Shown here: positions 57,948 through 64,000 of the stretch, piece by piece
How positions within the stretch are numbered: position 1 is the first letter of the stretch
Layout: each line of letters starts with the position of its first letter
Origin: Oceanispirochaeta sp.
GTDB taxonomy: Bacteria; Spirochaetota; Spirochaetia; DSM-2461
Assembly: GCA_963663385.2 (NCBI GenBank)
Contig: CAXXXD010000002.1
Coordinates: 416,001 to 480,000 of the forward strand
Direction: 5' to 3'
DNA: 64,000 nt
The notes under the pieces: generated by a model
Told to the model about the DNA's origin: nothing
Databases searched by the model: none
The model's input: the letters and a program-made list of their open reading frames with translations, nothing else
Position numbers and translations under genes: made by a program

Positions 57948-59297
57948 ATGATAAAGACAGATGTATTGGTATTGGGCGGTCTTTCGGGGATTACAGCAGC
58001 GATCAGCAGCAGACGGCACTATCCGGACAAGAAGGTTGTTCTGGTCAGAAAGGAGGGAACAGTCCTGATTCCCTGCGGGATCCCCTATATCTTCGGAACC
58101 GTCGGGGGGCCTGAGAATAATGTTGTTCCCGATGGTCTGCTGGAATCAAATGGAATTGAACTGATTACCGATGAAGCTGTTTCTGTCGATCGGGACGGAA
58201 AGGTTGTCACCCTGAAAAACAGTACTCAAATAGAGTACAGCAAGCTTGTTTTTGCAACCGGATCTGTTCCTCTTGTTCCTCCTCTTCCCGGATTGGACAA
58301 GGAAAATGTATTTGTCGTTAAAAAGGAATTCGGATATCTGAAGAATGTGCTTGATAGAGTCAATGAAGCTAAAGATATCATTATTATCGGCGGCGGGTTT
58401 ATCGGTGTAGAGTTTGCTGATGAGTGCCGCAAGGGAAGAGATGTTAATGTAACTGTTGTTGAGATGCTCCCAAAATGTCTTCAGATGGCATTGGACGATG
58501 AGTACTGTGAGGAAGCTTCAGAGAAATTGAACGAAGCCGGTGTCAAGATTCTGGCAGAAGAGAGAGTTGTCTCGATTGACGGTGATAAAAAAGTGAACGC
58601 TGTAAAACTGGCGAGCGGAAAAGAGATAAAAGCCGATCTGGTGATTCTGGGAATCGGAGCTCTGCCCAATACGGAACTGGCAGAGAAAGCCGGACTGGAA
58701 CTCGGTTACAGAAATGGGATTCAGGTGGACCGGTATATGCGGAGTGTTTCGGATAACAATATTTTTGCCTGTGGAGACTGTGCCGCCCGTTCTTCCTTTT
58801 TCGATGGACGGCCTTCCGGTGTCATGCTGGCATCTGTGGCAACTTCGGAAGCCAGGATCGCCGGTGCCAACCTTTTTTCTCCCACGCATCATAACTGCGG
58901 CGTTATCAGCTCTTTTGCCACTGTTATTAACGGACGGGCTTTTGGAGTAGCCGGTATGACCGAAAGAATTACAAAAGCAAATGGTATGGATGTGATTATT
59001 ACAACAGCCCAGGCGACAGACACTCACCCGGGGGGTATGCCCGATTCGTCTATGCTGAAGGTAAAACTGATCTTCTCAAAGGATACGGGAATCCTTCTGG
59101 GGGGATCCGTTTCCGGCGGGAAATCAACAGGAGAGTTGGTCAATGTAATCGGAGCCTGTATTATGCACCGTATGACCGCAAATGATATTGTTAAATTCCA
59201 GATGGGTACTCATCCGGCACTGACCTCATCGCCCATAGCTTATCCTGTTGTAAATGCCGCATGTAAAGCTATCATTCCCATTAAGGGAATCAAGTAG
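57948..59297 (+). CDS. FAD-dependent pyridine nucleotide-disulfide oxidoreductase (NADH oxidase/CoADR-like)
   Basis: Start behind AGAGGAG; IPCGIPY, ATGS, GGGFIGVE, FACGDC, GTHPALT. Confidence 0.9.
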   Translation: MIKTDVLVLGGLSGITAAISSRRHYPDKKVVLVRKEGTVLIPCGIPYIFGTVGGPENNVVPDGLLESNGIELITDEAVSVDRDGKVVTLKNSTQIEYSKLVFATGSVPLVPPLPGLDKENVFVVKKEFGYLKNVLDRVNEAKDIIIIGGGFIGVEFADECRKGRDVNVTVVEMLPKCLQMALDDEYCEEASEKLNEAGVKILAEERVVSIDGDKKVNAVKLASGKEIKADLVILGIGALPNTELAEKAGLELGYRNGIQVDRYMRSVSDNNIFACGDCAARSSFFDGRPSGVMLASVATSEARIAGANLFSPTHHNCGVISSFATVINGRAFGVAGMTERITKANGMDVIITTAQATDTHPGGMPDSSMLKVKLIFSKDTGILLGGSVSGGKSTGELVNVIGACIMHRMTANDIVKFQMGTHPALTSSPIAYPVVNAACKAIIPIKGIK

Positions 59298-59323
59298 AGC
59301 CGGAGCTGACTGGTCTATATATG

Positions 59324-59352
59324 GCCCTCCAGATCAATCCGGTCTGGAGGGC
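59324..59352 (+). terminator. Hairpin after the flavoprotein gene
   Basis: GCCCTCCAGATC-AATCC-GGTCTGGAGGGC; weak U-tract. Confidence 0.5.
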
Positions 59353-59403
59353 TCCTGGTTAATTTGGTATGTCAAACTTTCTGAGGTGTGTGTATTTTTA
59401 ATA

Positions 59404-59443
59404 TTGACATTTTTAATTCATGTTATTAGCATATGCCAATAAC
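59404..59443 (+). promoter_or_regulatory. TTGACA plus 22-bp palindromic operator
   Basis: TTGACA at 59404-59409; GTTATTAGCATATGCCAATAAC at 59422-59443 (one mismatched pair). Confidence 0.7.
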
Positions 59444-59487
59444 TAATGAAATATAAAGTGAATTAAATATTGATAGAGGCAGTATAA

Positions 59488-60351
59488 ATGAAAGTAGCTA
59501 TCGCCAGCGGAAAAGGGGGGACCGGGAAGACAACCCTGTCCACAAACCTGTCATCCTTTATGGCCGAATCGGGTCCTGTTGTATTAGCCGATCTTGATGT
59601 GGAGGAACCCAATTCCGGTCTGTTCCTCAAAGGAGAGCTGGTTCATCGGGAAGATAAATTTACCATGGTACCGGAGTGGATTGAGGCTGACTGCACTCAC
59701 TGCGGTAAGTGTCAGAAGGTCTGTAACTTTAATGCCGTATTAAAAATGGGCGATATGATTATGGTATTTCCCGAGCTCTGCCATGCCTGTTTTGCCTGCT
59801 CGGAACTCTGTCCCGCCGCATCTCTTCCTATGAAACCCAGAAAAATGGGTGAGTTGAAATCCTTCCGCATTGGCGATCTGAGCTTTGTAGAAAGCAAACT
59901 CCTGATCGGTGTGGAACAGGCTGTTCCCCTTATCAGCCAGACAATCACCTACCTGGATGAAAATTTCCCCCGGGACAGCATACAGCTTATAGATTCTCCT
60001 CCCGGTACATCCTGTCCTGTAATCGAAGTGGTCAAGGAGTCGGATCTTGTCATTCTTGTGACCGAGCCAACTCCCTTCGGGCTGCATGATCTGAAGCTTG
60101 CAGTCGACACGGTAAGGAAACTGGAAAAGCCGTTTTCCGTTGTAATCAACCGGCACGGGATAGGAGACCGCAGGGTTGAGGAGTACTGCATGAGCGAGAA
60201 TATTGAAATTGCAGCTATGATTCCCAACGACAGAAAGATAGCCGAAATCTACTCCAGGGGAGATCTGCTGTATCCGGTTATTCCCGCTGTAAAAGAGGCT
60301 ATACAGAATGTTGCTGCCTACATCAAATCAGCAGAGCGGGGTAGAAAATGA
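59488..60351 (+). CDS. MinD-superfamily P-loop ATPase with inserted ferredoxin domain (COG1149 type)
   Basis: SGKGGTGKT, DLDVEEPN, CTHCGKC...C, CHACFAC...CP, DSPPGTSCP, VTEPTPFG. Confidence 0.9.
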   Translation: MKVAIASGKGGTGKTTLSTNLSSFMAESGPVVLADLDVEEPNSGLFLKGELVHREDKFTMVPEWIEADCTHCGKCQKVCNFNAVLKMGDMIMVFPELCHACFACSELCPAASLPMKPRKMGELKSFRIGDLSFVESKLLIGVEQAVPLISQTITYLDENFPRDSIQLIDSPPGTSCPVIEVVKESDLVILVTEPTPFGLHDLKLAVDTVRKLEKPFSVVINRHGIGDRRVEEYCMSENIEIAAMIPNDRKIAEIYSRGDLLYPVIPAVKEAIQNVAAYIKSAERGRK

Positions 60352-61226
60352 AAGAGATTGTTGTTATTTCCGGTAAAGGCGGAACAGGTAAAACGTCCCT
60401 GACAGCTTCATTCTCGGTTCTGGGAGGAGCTGAACTTGTGGTCGCCGACTGTGATGTGGATGCAGCGGATATGCACCTGCTCCTGGAACCTGATTTCGGG
60501 TTTTCAGAGGATTTCTTCAGCGGCGAGCTGGCCGAAATCGATTCTGATAAGTGTATCTCCTGCGGAAAGTGCCGGGACATCTGCCGTTTTCATGCAATAG
60601 ATGTTACAGACGGTGTTTACAGGGTCGATCCGATCAGCTGCGACGGCTGCGGCTACTGTGCCAGAATCTGCCCGGCAGAAGCTATCAGCAATATTGAGCA
60701 GAATGTGGGCAAGTGGTATATCTCCGGGATTAAAACGGGCACCTCCATGGTACATGCCCGATTGGGAATCGGTGCGGATAATTCGGGGAAACTGGTTGCC
60801 CGGGTTAAAAATGAAGCAAAACAGCTTGCCGAAAAAAAAGCCAGGGATCTTGTCCTTGTGGATGGTTCTCCCGGAATCGGCTGTCCTGTTGTCTCTTCTC
60901 TTTCCGGGGCGGACTATGTTGTGCTTGTAACGGAGCCTACCGTTTCGGGGGTTCATGACTTGAAGAGGGTGTATGAACTGGTAAATAAATTCGGTATCAA
61001 GGCGGGCTGTATTGTAAACAAGGGCGATCTTAATCCGGTTGTTCTGGCAGATCTGAAATCCTTTCTTTCGGACAATGCCATCGCCCTTCTTGCCGAAATC
61101 CCCTACAACGAAAAATTTACCGAGGCCATTACCAATGGAAAAACCATTGTCGAGTGGGATGGTGAACTGAAGGAAATTATCAGTAACAGCTGGGAAAAGA
61201 TTAAAACAGTAGTCAAGGCAATGTAA
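60348..61226 (+). CDS. Second MinD-superfamily P-loop ATPase with ferredoxin domain (COG1149 type)
   Basis: SGKGGTGKTS, DCDVDAAD, CISCGKC, CDGCGYC, DGSPGIGCP, VTEPT. Confidence 0.9.
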   Translation: MKEIVVISGKGGTGKTSLTASFSVLGGAELVVADCDVDAADMHLLLEPDFGFSEDFFSGELAEIDSDKCISCGKCRDICRFHAIDVTDGVYRVDPISCDGCGYCARICPAEAISNIEQNVGKWYISGIKTGTSMVHARLGIGADNSGKLVARVKNEAKQLAEKKARDLVLVDGSPGIGCPVVSSLSGADYVVLVTEPTVSGVHDLKRVYELVNKFGIKAGCIVNKGDLNPVVLADLKSFLSDNAIALLAEIPYNEKFTEAITNGKTIVEWDGELKEIISNSWEKIKTVVKAM

Positions 61227-61257
61227 GCAAATTTTAACCTGCAAGGAGTAGAAGATT

Positions 61258-61596
61258 ATGAAAATTGTATTTACGGCAAAAGGCACAGATATGAGTGCCT
61301 CCATTGATCCCCGTTTCGGAAGAACAGAGTATTTTGTTATTTTTGATGAAGATTCAAAAAGTGTAGAGTCCTACGATAACAGGGCCATTGAAAAAGAAGC
61401 CCATGGCGCCGGTCCCAGGACTGCCCAGAAACTGTCCGAGTATAAGGCTGAGGTGCTGATTACCGGTAACGGTCCCGGGGGAAATGCCGCGGCAGTTCTG
61501 AAAACACTGGGACTGGAGATCTATGTAGGCGCAGCCAATATGACAGTTCAGGAAGCCTACGATGCTTATAAAGCGGGTGATCTGAAGAAGGCATAA
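61258..61596 (+). CDS. NifB/NifX-family (FeMo-cofactor-binding fold) protein
   Basis: IDPRFGRTEYFVI, HGAG, LITGNGPGGNA. Confidence 0.88.
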   Translation: MKIVFTAKGTDMSASIDPRFGRTEYFVIFDEDSKSVESYDNRAIEKEAHGAGPRTAQKLSEYKAEVLITGNGPGGNAAAVLKTLGLEIYVGAANMTVQEAYDAYKAGDLKKA

Positions 61597-61606
61597 AGGG
61601 TAGAAC

Positions 61607-62005
61607 ATGGAAAAAATGATTGCCGCTTTTGCCACGGATGACGGAAGAAACTATATTGACCGCCATTTTGGAGATGCCGAGCACTACGATATCTACGAAA
61701 TTTCTGCCGCCGGATCCAAGTTTTTAAAAAGGATTGATAACACAACTGAGGACGAAAATGACGAAACCGGTCACGGAGACGAAAAGAAGGCGAGAGGAAT
61801 TGCGGGGATATTAAAGGCTGAAGGCGTTCATATCGCTGTGTCCAGAGTGTTCGGACCCAATCTGAAAAGGATCAGGAAGAAATTCCTGTGTGTTCTGTTC
61901 AAATCCGGCTCTATTGAACGGGGGATCGAAACTCTCCGGGACAATTATTCCACCCTTCTTTCCGAATGGGATAAAGGGGAAAAGAGGTCCTTTCTCCGTT
62001 ATTGA
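61607..62005 (+). CDS. NifB/NifX-family protein
   Basis: AFATDDG...HFGDA, HGDEKKA, VFGPN. Confidence 0.85.
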   Translation: MEKMIAAFATDDGRNYIDRHFGDAEHYDIYEISAAGSKFLKRIDNTTEDENDETGHGDEKKARGIAGILKAEGVHIAVSRVFGPNLKRIRKKFLCVLFKSGSIERGIETLRDNYSTLLSEWDKGEKRSFLRY

Positions 62006-62023
62006 TAGATTTCTCTGTTCAGT

Positions 62024-62072
62024 AAAAAAGAAGGCTCCTGCCCTTTCCAGATAAGGCAGGAGCTTTTCTTTT
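62024..62072. terminator. Bidirectional terminator
   Basis: AAAAAAGAAGGCTCCTGCC...GGCAGGAGCTTTTCTTTT between convergent genes. Confidence 0.8.
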
Positions 62073-62103
62073 GCATTCCAGTGAAAAACAGGCGCTTAAC
62101 CTG

Positions 62104-63450
62104 CTATTTCATCAGTTTTTCGAGGGCATTCATGGCACAAAGGACAATGGGATAAACTCCCGGACCGCTTGTCAGCAGAGGTTGAGTTCCGTACTGCATG
62201 ATTGACAGTTCAGAGGCTGTCATGGACTTCTGTATGGCCAGACCAAGTATATTGATCATTTCTCCTGTGGATTTACCGCCTGTTATCTGTGCTCCCAGGA
62301 GAGCTCCTGTTCCCCTGGAAAAAATCCCCTTTATCCTGACTTTTGACGCATCGCTGATTTTACCGGGGTGGCGGTCAATTCCTTCGCTGTAAGCTGCAAC
62401 AATATCAAATCCCTCTTTTTCCGCCTGACTTTCCGTCAGTCCGGCTGCTCCCATCGAAATATCATTGAGGGAGGAGGAGAAAATGGCAATGCTGCCTTTA
62501 CAGTGCCGGACTATTTTCAAATTGAAAAGATTAAAACCGGCTACACGGGCTTCCGCCGCAGCTGTAGACGCCAGCATCAGACGGGAGGGTTTTCCGGAGA
62601 AGAAATCCTTATGTTCCACACAGTCACCTACGGCAAAAATATCCTCCCGGGATGTCCGCATATACTCATCGGTCCAGATACCCCCGGTCGAACCCAGCAT
62701 CAAACCTGTTTCCCCGGCCAGAGCTGTATTGGGTCTGTATCCTATGGACAGGATAACTCTGTCGGCCGGTATTGACGAACCGTCGGAAAAATCAATCTGA
62801 CTGACTTTTCCATTTTCACCGCCGATGCGGGAAACCATGGCTGACTTCATAATGGTCACTCCATGGTCGTTCAGCTTATTTTCTATAGAATCGGACATAT
62901 CCTTGTCGAAAGCTAATGGCAGGATCGAGTCCATTGCTTCAATCAGTGTAACTTTCCCGGAAAATTTCGCCAGTTCATCGCAGACTTCAACCCCGATAAA
63001 TCCTGCTCCGATTACTATCAGGTTTTCAGCGGACCGGAGATCCTCCCTGATGGATTTTATGTACTCCGTATCTTTTCTGATAGTTACAACTCCATCCAGA
63101 TCTGCTCCGGGGATGGGGGGAACAAAAGGATTTGAACCTGTCGCAAATATCAGCTTGGAATAGGAGTAGGAGCGCTCTTTTGCCGTTTTCAGTGTTTTTT
63201 CATCCGCATTTACGGAGATCACTTCATCATAGGCAAAATCAATGCCCTTCTTCAGCAATCCCTCAACAGGTTTGATATCCGCCTCGACAGAAGGGAGTGA
63301 CCCCAATGCATAGGGGATCCCGCAGGGGATCAGAGCATCCTGTTCCTTTCTGATAACCAGGACAGATTTGTCCTTGTAAGTCTGTTTTATGGCACTGGCT
63401 GCCGATGCTCCCGCAGGATTGCCTCCGATAATAATTACATCATATTTCAT
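62104..63450 (-). CDS. FAD-dependent pyridine nucleotide-disulfide oxidoreductase, paralog of 57948-59297
   Basis: GGNPAG, IPCGIPY, GAGFIGVE, FAVGDC, MLASTAAAEAR, GTQPLLT. Confidence 0.9.
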   Translation of the reverse strand: MKYDVIIIGGNPAGASAASAIKQTYKDKSVLVIRKEQDALIPCGIPYALGSLPSVEADIKPVEGLLKKGIDFAYDEVISVNADEKTLKTAKERSYSYSKLIFATGSNPFVPPIPGADLDGVVTIRKDTEYIKSIREDLRSAENLIVIGAGFIGVEVCDELAKFSGKVTLIEAMDSILPLAFDKDMSDSIENKLNDHGVTIMKSAMVSRIGGENGKVSQIDFSDGSSIPADRVILSIGYRPNTALAGETGLMLGSTGGIWTDEYMRTSREDIFAVGDCVEHKDFFSGKPSRLMLASTAAAEARVAGFNLFNLKIVRHCKGSIAIFSSSLNDISMGAAGLTESQAEKEGFDIVAAYSEGIDRHPGKISDASKVRIKGIFSRGTGALLGAQITGGKSTGEMINILGLAIQKSMTASELSIMQYGTQPLLTSGPGVYPIVLCAMNALEKLMK

Positions 63451-63547
63451 TATTGCTCTTCCTTAATGATCAGTTTGATTCCGATCTTTTAATATAGATA
63501 AAAAAGTATATATAAAACTATAACTATAAGGACGGCCCGTCAATAGA

Positions 63548-63571
63548 AATATTGGGAATATTCTCATTATT
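63548..63571. promoter_or_regulatory. AT-rich palindrome, candidate operator upstream of the flavoprotein
   Basis: AATATTGGGAATATTCTCATTATT, an imperfect palindrome next to a minus-strand TTGACG. Confidence 0.4.
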
Positions 63572-63599
63572 TTCAGGAAAATGTATCAGAAGGATGAGC

Positions 63600-63634
63600 A
63601 AAAAAAAACCTTCCACCTGGAAACAGGCGGAAGG
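63600..63634 (-). terminator. Rho-independent terminator of lon
   Basis: Minus strand CCTTCCGCCTG-TTTC-CAGGTGGAAGG followed by T9. Confidence 0.8.
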
Positions 63635-63657
63635 CGACTAATGGAATTTTATCAGGT

Positions 63658-64000
63658 TTAGAATACCAGATCCACAACCTCTTTGAAGGTTTCCACAGGA
63701 TGAAATGTGATTCCATTGCGAATATTCTCGGGAATCTCATCCAGGTCTCTCTCATTCTGTTTGGGAATGATAATATCCTTTATCTTGTTGCGCCGTGCGG
63801 CAATTGTCTTCTCTTTCAGACCGCCGATAGGCATAACCTTTCCTGTCAGGGAGAGTTCTCCCGTCATGGCCAGATTTTTTTTGATTGTTTTTTTCCTTGC
63901 CAGGGAGAGCAGGGCTGTTGCCATGGTAATACCGGCTGAGGGACCGTCTTTCGGGGTAGCCCCTTCCGGGATATGCAGGTGTATCAGGTTTTTGTCAAAG
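63658..64000 (-). CDS. lon: ATP-dependent protease La, C-terminal protease domain (5' part outside the window)
   Basis: [22 protein letters not shown] (catalytic Ser), [21 protein letters not shown] (catalytic Lys). Confidence 0.95.
   Translation of the reverse strand, partial: FDKNLIHLHIPEGATPKDGPSAGITMATALLSLARKKTIKKNLAMTGELSLTGKVMPIGGLKEKTIAARRNKIKDIIIPKQNERDLDEIPENIRNGITFHPVETFKEVVDLVF

Noticed and set aside
59488..62005. Nitrogen fixation or cell-division (minD) locus
   Set aside because: No nifHDK or minCE; the ATPases carry ferredoxin inserts typical of COG1149.
1..64000. CRISPR array, tRNA, rRNA, transposase or integrase
   Set aside because: Intergenic gaps are short, and none showed spaced repeats, cloverleaf motifs or recombinase ORFs on manual reading. 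A covariance-model scan was not possible, so small RNAs could be missed.

Overview
Bacterial chromosomal window, most likely from a free-living anaerobic spirochaete (Spirochaetaceae). That is an inference from the secreted binding proteins, whose signal peptides end in the spirochaete-typical (A/E)xGQQE motif. The window is gene-dense and metabolic. In order it holds: a LacI-MBL hydrolase-TctCBA operon; a GntR-linked sialic-acid-type operon (family-5 ABC importer, NanA, SGNH esterase, frameshifted AGE epimerase, YhcH/NanQ); a UroD/MtaA-family gene with AraC; a CoA-disulfide reductase with two rhodanese domains; a lone trpB; an SBP plus membrane AraC sensor pair; an EAL phosphodiesterase; ALDH/ArsR/thioredoxin; a YbiW/PflF-like glycyl radical enzyme with its activase and DeoR; an HTH-ABC ATPase fusion; an MCP-V4R fusion; YfcC plus M20 peptidase; AAA-DUF4143; a pRiA4b ORF3 protein; an AT-rich inositol island (ABC, IolI-like, ROK, UroD/MtaA-family, iolG); MarC; two degenerate Cache-HAMP histidine-kinase-like proteins; Crp/Fnr with a perfect FNR box; a flavoprotein/COG1149/NifX-like redox cluster; and the 3' end of lon. 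No rRNA, tRNA, CRISPR array or transposase was seen. The most unusual observations are a cleanly circularly permuted family-5 solute-binding protein in the sialic acid operon, an excisionase-type HTH fused to an ABC ATPase with a broken signature motif, tandem pseudo-kinases, an MCP with a C-terminal V4R-like domain, and a methyltransferase-fold gene co-regulated with inositol catabolism. All family assignments come from motif recognition only; no database searches were run.
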